This document shows positions 29,803 to 40,144 of a stretch of 64,000 nt of DNA, piece after piece. A program made the translations under genes and the position numbers. How positions within the stretch are numbered: the first letter of the stretch is position 1; each line of letters starts with the position of its first letter. The notes beneath the pieces were generated by a model. That model saw only the letters and a list, made by a program, of their open reading frames with translations, did not search any database and was not told the origin of the DNA. Source of the DNA: a bacterium (GTDB taxonomy: Bacteria; JAAXHH01); assembly GCA_965225915.1 (NCBI GenBank), contig OZ245326.1, positions 3,393,439 to 3,457,438 of the forward strand, given 5' to 3'.

Positions 29803-30933
29803 ATGGATATATCGAAAGGGGGGTTGGCACGACTCGCCGTCTTCCTCCTGTTGATTGCAGGCTGCGGAATTCCAAATTCGCAGGACTCCGCCGTCGAATT
29901 CTCCGCCGACCAATTTGCTACCCTGGTGGATACCATTTCCGAACCCGGCGGTTTCTTCGACAGCGACAATATCGTATCCAACGAGGAAGGCTATCTCCAC
30001 GTAAAACAGAAGCTCGAACGCATAGGCGTGAGCGGCGGGGTCTACATCGGCGTGGGGCCCGATCAGAATTTCACGTACATCGCGCAGATCAGGCCGCAGT
30101 ATGCCTTCATTCTAGATATCCGTCGCGACAACCTTATCGAGCATTTGATTTACAAGGCCATTTTTGCGTTGGCGGAAACGAGAACGGAATTCCTTTCCCT
30201 GCTCTTCAGCAAACCCCTTTCGGATTCCCTGTTCAATGACCGGGACCCCTCGATCGAAGATCTGGTGGCGTACTTCGACCGCACGTCCGGCGCCGATGAT
30301 TACTACCGTCGCAACCTGGAACGTATCCAGGCGCAAATACGGACGTTCGGAGTTTCTTTAAGCGATGAAGATTACTTGCGTGTATCCGAGTTGTACCGGG
30401 CTTTTTTCGAGCGGCACCTGGACCTGAAGTGGGAGTACCGGTCGGATGGAAACCGCGGGATTGCCTTCATCACCTACCGGTCCTTTTTACTGGGCCGGGA
30501 TCTTGAGGGCGATCTTGGCAACTTTCTCAATTCGGACGAGGACTACCTGTTCATCCGGAACATGCAGGCGCGGAATGCTATCATACCCGTCACAGGGGAC
30601 TTCGCGGGCAGCCACGCCCTCCAGGCCATCGGGCGCTACGTACGGGAAAGGGGCGATCGCGTATCCGTATTCTATCTCTCGAATGTCGAATACTATCTCT
30701 ACCCCGACGGATTCCTGGACGAATTCGCTGAGAACATCCGGTACCTGCCGACGGACAGCCGCAGCGTGATTATCCGCGCATTCGTGAACCTGAGTCAGAA
30801 GGCCCATCCAAAGCGGGTAAACAGCCACCTGATGACTACGGTAGTCCAGTACACGCGATCCTTCAGCCAGCTGTTCGCCGACGGAGCCTACCGGTCCTAC
30901 TTCGACCTGGGTGTTAAAAACTACATGCAGTAG
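29803..30933 (+). CDS. hypothetical lipoprotein, possible Rossmann/MTase-like fold
   Basis: Lipobox LLLIAGCG. GVSGGVYIGVGPDQNF...AFILDIRRDN resembles a motif-I/beta2 region. I recognise no family. Confidence 0.5.
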   Translation: MDISKGGLARLAVFLLLIAGCGIPNSQDSAVEFSADQFATLVDTISEPGGFFDSDNIVSNEEGYLHVKQKLERIGVSGGVYIGVGPDQNFTYIAQIRPQYAFILDIRRDNLIEHLIYKAIFALAETRTEFLSLLFSKPLSDSLFNDRDPSIEDLVAYFDRTSGADDYYRRNLERIQAQIRTFGVSLSDEDYLRVSELYRAFFERHLDLKWEYRSDGNRGIAFITYRSFLLGRDLEGDLGNFLNSDEDYLFIRNMQARNAIIPVTGDFAGSHALQAIGRYVRERGDRVSVFYLSNVEYYLYPDGFLDEFAENIRYLPTDSRSVIIRAFVNLSQKAHPKRVNSHLMTTVVQYTRSFSQLFADGAYRSYFDLGVKNYMQ

Positions 30934-30936
30934 GGA

Positions 30937-32247
30937 TCATAGCGTCTGCTCGACCGTTTCCACGGCTTCCCGGAGCACCCGTGCTATGCGGCCCACCTCG
31001 TCTTCAGTGACGATGTAGGGCGGGCTGATCGCGACGTGATCGCCGTTGACCCCGTCCAGGGGACCTGGTGCGCCGGGCATGATCAGTACACCCCGGTCGA
31101 AGGCTTCTTTCACGATGCGACCCGTCACACCCAGCACGGGATCGAAGGGAACTCCCCGGTCTTTGTCCGCCGCGAATTCGATCCCGCAGAGCAGGCCCTT
31201 GCCCCGTACCGTTCGCACGATGGACAGGTCGGTCAACGTCTGCAGCTGTTCAAGCATTACATCACCCATTTCCGCACAACGCCTTACGAGATCATGACTT
31301 TCGACATATTCCTGCACCGCCAGGGCGGTGGCGCAGGACAGGGGATTGCCGCCATAGGTGTGGCCGTGTACGAACGCTGGGGCTGTTTCGTAAATGGTCT
31401 CGTAAATCTCGTCTCGCGCGATGGTCGCGGCGATCGGGGTATAGCCGCTGCTCAGTCCTTTTCCGGTCGCCATCAGGTCCGGTACAACTCCCCAGTGGTC
31501 GATCCCGAAGTTGACCCCGGTCCTGCCGTAGCCGGTAACGACTTCATCGATGATCATGAGTATTCGGTAATGATCGCAGATCTCTCTGACTGTCCTGAAG
31601 TAATCATCGGGCGGCGTCAGTCCGGCGGCGGATGTTCCCAGCACGGGTTCGACGATAAACGCGGATATGTACTCCGCGCCAATCTGCCGGATGACGCGCT
31701 CCAGTTCGTCGGTGCTGTGCTGCGATATGTGGGGGAAATCCAGCAGATACGGTGTGTAGTCCTTCCTCCAGGCTGACCGACCCGACATGGACAGGGCGCC
31801 GATCGTATTGCCGTGCCAGCTCTGCCAGCAGGATATGACCTGGTACTTGGACGGGTTTCCGGATTCGATGTGGTATTTCCGCGCGATCTTCATGGCGGCT
31901 TCCGTGGCCTCCGATCCGCCGGAAACAAAAAACACGCGTCCCATGCCCTCCGGGGTCATTTCAGTAATCTTGCGGGCGAGGTCGATTTGGGGCTGACTGA
32001 TGAACTGGCCGTAGGCGAAGGCGACTTTACGGGCCTGGTCGGCCATGGCCTCGGCGATTACCTCGACCCCGTGACCGATACTGATAACGTGTACCCCTGC
32101 GCAGGCATCCAGATAGACCCTGCCTTCCGTGTCATACAGATTACATCCCTTGCCGTGCGAGATCCGGGGCCAATGGTCCTTCCGGGCACGGTGAAAGATA
32201 CGATTGCCTGAGTTTTGCTGACGTGCCATGTGTGCTCCACGAATCAC
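30937..32247 (-). CDS. class III (omega) aminotransferase
   Basis: 436 aa. PLP lysine region DLMATGKGLSSGY and aminotransferase class-III signature features. Confidence 0.9.
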   Translation of the reverse strand: MIRGAHMARQQNSGNRIFHRARKDHWPRISHGKGCNLYDTEGRVYLDACAGVHVISIGHGVEVIAEAMADQARKVAFAYGQFISQPQIDLARKITEMTPEGMGRVFFVSGGSEATEAAMKIARKYHIESGNPSKYQVISCWQSWHGNTIGALSMSGRSAWRKDYTPYLLDFPHISQHSTDELERVIRQIGAEYISAFIVEPVLGTSAAGLTPPDDYFRTVREICDHYRILMIIDEVVTGYGRTGVNFGIDHWGVVPDLMATGKGLSSGYTPIAATIARDEIYETIYETAPAFVHGHTYGGNPLSCATALAVQEYVESHDLVRRCAEMGDVMLEQLQTLTDLSIVRTVRGKGLLCGIEFAADKDRGVPFDPVLGVTGRIVKEAFDRGVLIMPGAPGPLDGVNGDHVAISPPYIVTEDEVGRIARVLREAVETVEQTL

Positions 32248-32275
32248 GAACCCGTCTCGGAGACCGGGCGTCCGG

Positions 32276-33121
32276 TTACCTTAGAATACGCTGGTCGCTT
32301 AAGTCCTTGCCGCCGACGGTCTTGACGATACCCGCGCCGCGAAAAGCGACCTGGTCCAGTTCCTGAAACGCGTTGACGATATGATACTGGGTCGGCAGAT
32401 CCTGCCACGTGGCCCGATGGAACCGTACGCTGCCTTTTCCGTGCCACTGCGCGATCACTCTGCGGTTAGGAGTGGCGGACGGTGTCAACACGGCGTATTC
32501 GGCATCGGCTGTACCCCATTCGCCGGTTCTGGGAACATACTTGTAGTGAAGGGTCCCCGATTGAACAGGATCCTCTTCCTGAACCGCGGGTACGACCACC
32601 CCCTCGTCAGGCGACCTTTTCATCTCCGTGAGACACATGTCCATGAAGGCAAATCCAAGCCAGTCCGCCGTGCAGCGGGTCTCTCCGTTCAGGACAACGG
32701 GAGGAGGGATCGCGCAATAGATCTTTGAAAATCCCAGTTGTTCCCTTCCCGTCAGGATCGGGTCGGCGAGGTTTTCCCACAACACGGCGAGGAAGGGACC
32801 CCTGGCTCGGTCCTCGCTCCCTTCAAATTCAGCCGGGAAACTCACCCCCAGGGTATTGTATCCCCTTCCGGCCAGCCATTCTATTTCGGTCAGATAGGAG
32901 ACGGTCACGGTAACCACCGGTTCGCCACCCAGCCTGAATCCCACTGGAAGCAGGGCTTCAAGTTGTTCCGCCCTGGTAATGAAACTCACGGAGTAAGAAG
33001 TGGCCCACGGGGAATCCTGACATTCGAATCTGCGTCCGTCCGGTCCTTGCCTCGGGCCTAGTCCCGGACCGAAATGTGTCGGCATCATGTACATCTGGCC
33101 AGGTTGGAGCTTGTAAGGCAT
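32276..33121 (-). CDS. acetoacetate decarboxylase (ADC) family protein
   Basis: MPYKLQPGQMYMMPTHFGP matches the ADC-family N-terminus. The start is placed at the Met preceded by GGGGGAGA plus 7 nt; the ORF track extends to 33238. Confidence 0.7.
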   Translation of the reverse strand: MPYKLQPGQMYMMPTHFGPGLGPRQGPDGRRFECQDSPWATSYSVSFITRAEQLEALLPVGFRLGGEPVVTVTVSYLTEIEWLAGRGYNTLGVSFPAEFEGSEDRARGPFLAVLWENLADPILTGREQLGFSKIYCAIPPPVVLNGETRCTADWLGFAFMDMCLTEMKRSPDEGVVVPAVQEEDPVQSGTLHYKYVPRTGEWGTADAEYAVLTPSATPNRRVIAQWHGKGSVRFHRATWQDLPTQYHIVNAFQELDQVAFRGAGIVKTVGGKDLSDQRILR

Positions 33122-33250
33122 TCGGCATTCTCCCCCGGAAACCCAACGGTGCGGCATCCTGATCCGGCTCGAACCGGAATGATCTAAAATTGGACAACCA
33201 AATATAAACTGGCGTTTCAATGGTGGGACTATATACAATCCATTCAGTCA

Positions 33251-34273
33251 ATGTCAAGATCGGGGTACGCGATTTGCGAGGTGGCCATGCGACACAGGAT
33301 CCTGGGGAAAACAGAAATTCGGGTCAGCGAGATCGGCTTCGGCGGATTGTTTGTTTCGTCCATTGGTTCGGATCGTGCCGATGCCGTGAGGGCGGTTCGA
33401 CGAGGACTGGAACTAGGCATAAACTGTGTTGACACGGCGCCGGCGTACCACGATTCGGAGGAAGTGCTGGGCCAGGCCTTGGAAGGCGTGGATCAGCCCT
33501 ACATCCTATCGACCAAGCTCGGCGGGCGTCCCGATCCCTTCGAACCCCGGGACAAGGACCAGTTGCGGCGGTCCGTAGAGACCAGCCTGGAACTGCTGAA
33601 GAGAAACACGATTGATATACTCATGATCCACGAACCGGACCGGCCCGGCCAGTATGACTGGTATACGGATTGGGAGAAGTTTCACGGACCCGTTTGCGAA
33701 CTGCTCGCGGAATTGAAGTTCGAAGGTATAATCCGTCACACCGGCCTTGGAGGGACCACGGCATATACGCTGCCCGCCATTATGGCGACCGGCGCATACG
33801 ACGTGGTGCTCACGGCATTCAATTACAGCCTGCTCTGGCAGGAAGCCCGGCACGCGGTGATCCCCGAGGCCGTGAAACAGAACATGGGAATTATCGTGGG
33901 ATCGCCCCTTCAGCAGGGGGCGCTGGCCGCTTGCTACACCGACCAGGTGAAAAACGGTGCTCCATGGTTGTCACCGCCCCGCCGCGAGCAGTTCAAGCGG
34001 CTGTACGACCTGGTGGCGGAACTGGGTATGTCCCTTCCGGAACTGTCGATCCGCTGGGTGATCACCAATCCGCTCATTTCCACGGTGCTGTCTGGTTCGA
34101 GGTCGGTCGCAGAGGTCGAACAGAACGTCGGTTACGTGGAAGCCGGGCCGCTTCCGGAGGCGGTTATGGAGCGGGTGCAGGAAATCGCGGACCTGGTTCC
34201 CTTTCGACCTTTCGAGGAGCCTTTTGGTCTTCCGTTCAGGCGCTCCTACCGGGGACCAGGCTCCGCGCGATAG
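33251..34273 (+). CDS. aldo/keto reductase
   Basis: 340 aa with an AKR catalytic tetrad context (DTAPAYH, IHEPD). Confidence 0.9.
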   Translation: MSRSGYAICEVAMRHRILGKTEIRVSEIGFGGLFVSSIGSDRADAVRAVRRGLELGINCVDTAPAYHDSEEVLGQALEGVDQPYILSTKLGGRPDPFEPRDKDQLRRSVETSLELLKRNTIDILMIHEPDRPGQYDWYTDWEKFHGPVCELLAELKFEGIIRHTGLGGTTAYTLPAIMATGAYDVVLTAFNYSLLWQEARHAVIPEAVKQNMGIIVGSPLQQGALAACYTDQVKNGAPWLSPPRREQFKRLYDLVAELGMSLPELSIRWVITNPLISTVLSGSRSVAEVEQNVGYVEAGPLPEAVMERVQEIADLVPFRPFEEPFGLPFRRSYRGPGSAR

Positions 34274-34285
34274 GAATACCCTTCT

Positions 34286-35692
34286 TTAACCGTCCTTGTG
34301 AAAGTCCAACAGTCCCAAGATGTTCTGAAGCTTCGATGCGGCCGTGACGTAGTCGTATTTCGCGGTTACGTGATCGGTCTCGGCCCGCTTGAGGGTGAGT
34401 TGCGCATCAATCAGTTCGAGCTGCGTGCTGATGCCGCCTTCGTATTGCACCTGCGCGATGGCCAATCCGCGACTGGCCAGGTCAATGGTCTCCGCACCCG
34501 CTTCTACACGTTCCGCCGCTTCGATTACGTTCAACATGGCCTCGGTGACATCCACTTCAATCTGGTTCCTGAGCTGGCGTTCGCTGTACCGCGACCGTTC
34601 GAAATCCGCCTGGGCCTGCATGATTCGACCTGAGTTCTGCCTGCCGTCAAACACCGGAAAGGATACGTTGAGCAGCGTGTTCCAGCTTCTCGAGAAATCG
34701 TTGAACGCGAGAGACTTGAAACGGGAGTCGTTTACCTGCGCCTGCATCTGGTATCCGGCGGAAAGCGATATGTCGGGACGGTTTTCCCCCCGGGCGAACT
34801 GGATCGACGCGTCGTCCATCGCGGCCTGCAACTGCGCCGCTTTCAGGTCCGATCGGTTCGACAGCGCCTTGTTCACGGCCGTGTCTATGTCATCCGGTAT
34901 GCCGGATACATCGACGTCGAGATTGCCCGTACACCGTATCCGTAACCGCTGGGGCAATCCAATCAGGCGCTTGAGGTTCGCCTGTGAAATGGTAAGGCGG
35001 TTCCTGGCCTGGGTGACTGGTGGATGGGCGTTGGTCAATTCCACCTTCGACCTGAGGACATCGTAGTCGGACACCGTACCGGCTTCGTAAAACCGCTTGA
35101 CCCTTTCGTACTGGGCTACCGCGCGATCATACGCCGCCTGGGAAACCTCCACGATCGCTTCAGCCAGGAGGACATCGTAGTATCTGTTGTGTACCATGAG
35201 CACGATGTTTTCCCGCACATGTTGGGTGTTGGTTTCCGATATCTGTCGGTAATATCGAGCCATCTTCAAACCGGAACCGACCTGTCCGCCCCGGTAGATG
35301 GTCTGTGAAAGATCAAGCCCTAAGTTGATCACGTTGTCGGTTCCCGCCTTGAACTGCTGTCCGCCGAATGTGAAAACGGGCAATGACCAGTTCCGGGTAA
35401 AGGTACTGTTGAAATCGAGTTGCGGCAGCGCCTCTGAAAAGGCCTCCTTGACCTGCGCCCGCGCCCGGTCCATCTCGACCCGCGAACTCAACAGGGATTC
35501 ATTGTTTTTCATTGCGAGTTCGACGGCCCGTTCCAGCGTAAGGACGATTTCACTGCCCGGCTGCGCCGGTTCTTCGTCCTGCTGCGCCGACGTCGGGGAT
35601 GTGATACCTATCAATAAAAAGAATGCCAAAAGAACTTTTATCATTCCGCGAATCATGTTGTCCTCCGGATTCACCCTGTTGCTTCCGGTCAA
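34286..35692 (-). CDS. TolC-family outer membrane efflux protein
   Basis: 468 aa with a signal peptide and two OEP repeats. Its start overlaps the RND gene stop by 4 nt. Confidence 0.85.
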   Translation of the reverse strand: MTGSNRVNPEDNMIRGMIKVLLAFFLLIGITSPTSAQQDEEPAQPGSEIVLTLERAVELAMKNNESLLSSRVEMDRARAQVKEAFSEALPQLDFNSTFTRNWSLPVFTFGGQQFKAGTDNVINLGLDLSQTIYRGGQVGSGLKMARYYRQISETNTQHVRENIVLMVHNRYYDVLLAEAIVEVSQAAYDRAVAQYERVKRFYEAGTVSDYDVLRSKVELTNAHPPVTQARNRLTISQANLKRLIGLPQRLRIRCTGNLDVDVSGIPDDIDTAVNKALSNRSDLKAAQLQAAMDDASIQFARGENRPDISLSAGYQMQAQVNDSRFKSLAFNDFSRSWNTLLNVSFPVFDGRQNSGRIMQAQADFERSRYSERQLRNQIEVDVTEAMLNVIEAAERVEAGAETIDLASRGLAIAQVQYEGGISTQLELIDAQLTLKRAETDHVTAKYDYVTAASKLQNILGLLDFHKDG

Positions 35693-38600
35693 ACCGCCGG
35701 CACGGGCTGGTTCACGGCAGGTTCGGTATCCCGGCCGCGGCCTTCCTCCTCCGTCACTTCCCCATCACCGCGTTCGGTCCATCCCGATATGAAATCGTAC
35801 ATGACGGGTACCACGATCAGCGTCAGCACCGTGGCGAAGGTCAGTCCGAAGATCACCGCCACTCCCATGGGGCCCCACCACTGCGAACTTTCTCCACCTA
35901 CTTCCAGGGACATAGTCATGAAATTGAAACTGAACCCCGTGGTCAGGGGAATGAGACCGAGGATGGTGGTGATCGCCGTCAACAGAACCGGCCGCAATCG
36001 GGTCACACCGCCCTGTACGATCGCTTCCTGTCGACCCAGTCCGCGGTTCCGAAGTTTTCGAATATAGTCGATCAGCACGATGGCGTTGTTCACGACCACC
36101 CCGGCCAGGCTGATTACGCCGATACCGGTCATGATGATGCCGAAAGGCGTTGCCGTCACGATCAGTCCGAAAAGGACGCCGATAAGCGACAGCACCACGG
36201 ACATCATGATGATGAAGGGCATGGCGATGGAATTGAACTGCGTGACCAGCACGAGGGTGATCAGGATCAGGGCGATGAGAAAGGCCTTGGAGAGGAATGC
36301 GGTGGCTTCCTCCTGATCGACGTTCTCACCGGCGTATCGCAAGGTATAGCCCTCCGGAAGGGCCAGGTCGTCGAGTGCCTCCTGCACGTCCATGAGCACG
36401 TCGTTCGCAAGCCGGCCTTCCACGTCTCCTTCTATGGTAAGCACCCGCTCCTGGTCCTTCCGCTTGATGGAGCCAACTCCACCGGCTACGCGGGTGCGGG
36501 CCAGGGTGATCAGCGAAATCAACTGATCGTCATGGTTAATATGTATCCGTTCAAGATCGGCGAATGTGGAACGCTCGGGTTCGGCGAATCGCACCACGAT
36601 GTCGTATTCTTCCTCCCCTACGCGGTACTTGGAGGCTTCCGTGCCATTGATGGCCGTGCGTATCGCACGGGCTATCTCGGCAGTGTTCAGATCCAGCAGG
36701 GCGGCCTGTTCACGGTCGATTTCTACTTTCAATTCCGGCTTGCCGGAGTCATAGTCGTCCTTCAGGTCCACCAGGCCCGGTATGTTTTCGATTAGCAGCA
36801 CGGTTTCCTGGGCCAGCCTGCTGAGCACGGCGAAATCCTCCCCGACGATCTCGATATTCACAGGCGCCGCCGTGGGTGGACCGGTTTGAGGCGTGATGAT
36901 TTCCACGTCCGCGCCGATGAGATCCTCCATCCGCTTTCTGATCATTTCGACCGTCTCGAAGGAGGACTGTTCACGGTCCTGCCTCTCGATGAAGTCCACG
37001 ATGATCCTGGACTTGTGCGGCGTCCCCCCGCCTCCCGCGCTGAAATCCTGCGGATTTGGAGAGGCCCCTACGCTCGCGACGTACTGGCTCATGTCGGGCA
37101 CGCCCTGGATTAACGCTTCCGCCTGGCGTACGATTTCGTCCGAGATATCCAGCTTGGTGCCAATCGCAGTATTGACGTCGATATAGGCCTGGTTGGGTTC
37201 CGTTGACGGGAAGAACTCCACGCCCTTGCCGATCACACCGTAGAGCATGATCATTCCGGCCAACGCACTGAGTGTGATTACCATGACAGACGCCCTATGC
37301 GCCAGGGCCCACATGAGAATCCGGCTGTACCGCTGCCGCACGATCATCAACCACCGCTGGTCCTGCCGGTTACTGTTAACCGTGAGCAACACGGAGCATA
37401 CGGTGGGATTAATGATGAGCCCGACGAAAAGAGAGGCAGATAGTGTGATAATCAGCGTGGCTGGCAGATAGCTCATGAAATCGCCGATGATACCCGGCCA
37501 GAATAGCATGGGGGCAAAGGCGCAAAGTGTGGTGAGCGTTGACGTGCACACCGGCACGGCCACCTCCCGCACGCCTTCGCGGGCGGCACGCATCAACGGA
37601 GCTCCTTCCTCGCGATGCCGGTAGATGTTCTCCACGATGACGATGGCATTATCCACGAGCATCCCAAGGGCCAGGATCAGGCTGAACAGCACGACCATGT
37701 TCAACGTGTAACCCAGTGCCTCGATCACGATGAAGGAAATGAGCATGGACAGCGGGATCGCGATGGCCACGAATAACGCGTTGCGCACGCCCATGAACAT
37801 GAACAACACGAAGACCACCAGTATCAACCCCGAAATGATATTGTTTTCCAGGTCGCTGATCATGGACCGGATGTCCTTGGACTGATCCGCCAGTACAGCC
37901 AGGGTTACTGTCTTCGGCAGCCGCTCACGCTCTACTTCCAACAGTTCCTTGACCGCGTCCGCAATCTGTATCAGGTTCTCCCCGCTTCGTTTCTGTACAT
38001 TCAGTGAGACGCAGGGCAGTCCGTTCAGGCGGGCGTAGGTCGCCTTCTCCTTGAATCCGAATCGTACCTCGGCCACGTCCTCTATGGCGATGGGCTGTCG
38101 ATTTCGCGTCTTGATGACCAGTGCCCCGATTTCTTCCGGAGTCGTGAATTCGCCCGGAACCCTGACCGCGTACCTCAGCGTACCGGTCTGGATTGAACCT
38201 CCGGGCATGTTCAGGTTTTCCTCACGAATCGTTTCGATGATATCGTCGAGTTCCAGTCTATAGTACACCAGTCTGTCTGGATCGACATTAACCTGGACTT
38301 CCCGTTCCAGGCCACCGGCTACCGTGACGTCCAGCACGCCGGAAATCTGTTCGATACGCAGTTCCAGGTTTTCCGCGATGTCTTTCAACGTCACGAGACT
38401 GTGGGTGCCGGCGACGTTGATCACCAGGATGGGGATGTCGTCAAAATTGATTTCCCTGATGGTCGATTCTTCCGCGTCTTCCGGGATTTCAGTACGTGCG
38501 AGGTCGACCTCTTCACGGACCTTCTGGATCGCGTTGCTGATGTCTACGTCGGTTTCGAACTCGATGATTACGGTCGAGATGCCCTCGCTGGAAGTAGAAG

Positions 38601-38865
38601 AAATCTCCTTTACGTTGGGGAGTTCTTCGAGGTGCTTCTCAATCGGTTGGGTAACGAGATTTTCGATGTCCGCGGGAGACACCCCGAAGTAGGGTGTGGC
38701 GACGAAGACGATCGGTATGGAGATCGAAGGGGTGGATTCGCGGGGCAGGGACTGGTAGGACAAGAAACCGAGGAATATGGCGGCCCCGGTCATGACGAAG
38801 ATACTGATCCGGTTACTGATGGCCAGGTCAGAAACTTTCACTAAGGAATACTCCAGTGGATGCAT
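35689..38865 (-). CDS. RND efflux transporter permease (HAE1/AcrB family)
   Basis: 1058 aa, 12 TM, AcrB-like. Confidence 0.95.
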   Translation of the reverse strand: MHPLEYSLVKVSDLAISNRISIFVMTGAAIFLGFLSYQSLPRESTPSISIPIVFVATPYFGVSPADIENLVTQPIEKHLEELPNVKEISSTSSEGISTVIIEFETDVDISNAIQKVREEVDLARTEIPEDAEESTIREINFDDIPILVINVAGTHSLVTLKDIAENLELRIEQISGVLDVTVAGGLEREVQVNVDPDRLVYYRLELDDIIETIREENLNMPGGSIQTGTLRYAVRVPGEFTTPEEIGALVIKTRNRQPIAIEDVAEVRFGFKEKATYARLNGLPCVSLNVQKRSGENLIQIADAVKELLEVERERLPKTVTLAVLADQSKDIRSMISDLENNIISGLILVVFVLFMFMGVRNALFVAIAIPLSMLISFIVIEALGYTLNMVVLFSLILALGMLVDNAIVIVENIYRHREEGAPLMRAAREGVREVAVPVCTSTLTTLCAFAPMLFWPGIIGDFMSYLPATLIITLSASLFVGLIINPTVCSVLLTVNSNRQDQRWLMIVRQRYSRILMWALAHRASVMVITLSALAGMIMLYGVIGKGVEFFPSTEPNQAYIDVNTAIGTKLDISDEIVRQAEALIQGVPDMSQYVASVGASPNPQDFSAGGGGTPHKSRIIVDFIERQDREQSSFETVEMIRKRMEDLIGADVEIITPQTGPPTAAPVNIEIVGEDFAVLSRLAQETVLLIENIPGLVDLKDDYDSGKPELKVEIDREQAALLDLNTAEIARAIRTAINGTEASKYRVGEEEYDIVVRFAEPERSTFADLERIHINHDDQLISLITLARTRVAGGVGSIKRKDQERVLTIEGDVEGRLANDVLMDVQEALDDLALPEGYTLRYAGENVDQEEATAFLSKAFLIALILITLVLVTQFNSIAMPFIIMMSVVLSLIGVLFGLIVTATPFGIIMTGIGVISLAGVVVNNAIVLIDYIRKLRNRGLGRQEAIVQGGVTRLRPVLLTAITTILGLIPLTTGFSFNFMTMSLEVGGESSQWWGPMGVAVIFGLTFATVLTLIVVPVMYDFISGWTERGDGEVTEEEGRGRDTEPAVNQPVPAV

Positions 38866-38886
38866 TTGGCGAACTTCGCCACTACG

Positions 38887-39999
38887 CTACATCCTGTCGT
38901 TTCTGACCTGAATGGATTCACCGTTCACCAGGTTTCTATGGCCGATGATAATCAGGGAATCGCCAGCCGCCAGTCCCCCGGAAACCAGTACCTGATCACC
39001 CGAGATCGATCCCAGGGTAACCGGCACGGACCGGGCAACGTTGTTGTCCGCGACGAAGACCATCCGACCCTGATCGGTGTCGATCACGGCGTCCTGGGGA
39101 ATAACAATCGCCTGGGGTATGTAGTCCTTGACGACTCGGATCGTGACAGCCATTTCGGGCTTCAGTCTGTGCTCCGGGTTGTCCAGTGTGATTTCAACGG
39201 ATAAGGTACGATTGTCCGGGTCGAGCGTCGTTCCGATATAGGTTATATCTTCCTCGAGACTCACGTCAGGGTAGGCCGGAAAAGTCAGCGTCGCCCGCGT
39301 ACCTTCCTTGACGTGTTTGAGATGACGCTCCGGGACACCGGCCACGACCTTGACGCGATCGATATCGACCAGGTCCACCAATTCCCTTCCAGGGGTGGCC
39401 AGTTCACCCACTTCCATTTTGCGACTGTCCACCACGCCCGAGATCGGCGCCCGGATGACCGTCTTGCTCAAGTAGACCATGGCCTGGTCATGCCGCGCAC
39501 GATCCATGTCATGACGGTACTTGGTGTCGAGGTACACGGATTCGGCCAGTGCGTGCTGGTCCAATAACCTTTTCTGGTTACGCAGCGTAAGGCCGCTGGC
39601 GTTCAGCGCCGCTTCAGCCTCATCCGCGGCGGCTTTGAGCAATTCATCATCCATCCGCGCCAGCACGGTGTTTTGCTGCACCAACTGGCCCTTTTCCACA
39701 TCAATGCTCTCTACCAGCCCACTTGCTTCGATACTCACCACCACCCGGCGAAGTGGTTTGACTACACCGACCAGCCTGAGATGGTTGGTGAAGTCCTGGG
39801 GTTGAACCACCCGGGTGACCACGTTCACGGTCCGCTTTTCCTTCTCAACGGTCGCTTCGTTGGCGGCACTGCCGCTTTCACTACAGCCCGTCGACACCAG
39901 TACGCTTGCCAGGCATGCTATCGGTGCGCACCATTTCAATACGCAGAAGATCATCAAATACGAGCTCCTTAACGATTTAACACTGCTCCAAGCCGCCAA
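38887..39999 (-). CDS. RND efflux periplasmic adaptor (membrane fusion protein)
   Basis: 370 aa with a signal/lipobox, coiled-coil hairpin and HlyD-like barrel. Confidence 0.85.
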   Translation of the reverse strand: MAAWSSVKSLRSSYLMIFCVLKWCAPIACLASVLVSTGCSESGSAANEATVEKEKRTVNVVTRVVQPQDFTNHLRLVGVVKPLRRVVVSIEASGLVESIDVEKGQLVQQNTVLARMDDELLKAAADEAEAALNASGLTLRNQKRLLDQHALAESVYLDTKYRHDMDRARHDQAMVYLSKTVIRAPISGVVDSRKMEVGELATPGRELVDLVDIDRVKVVAGVPERHLKHVKEGTRATLTFPAYPDVSLEEDITYIGTTLDPDNRTLSVEITLDNPEHRLKPEMAVTIRVVKDYIPQAIVIPQDAVIDTDQGRMVFVADNNVARSVPVTLGSISGDQVLVSGGLAAGDSLIIIGHRNLVNGESIQVRNDRM

Positions 40000-40144
40000 T
40001 GTCGCCTTGCCTGGCCGGCAAAAAATCTGAATTACGTAATATCAGTAGAACCTTCAAGTACACGTATACCACGCAGGAACGGACACCATTCAAAAAATCG
40101 TTGGTGGTATTGAACGTTGAAACCTTCGATTCCGCGGAATCTCC

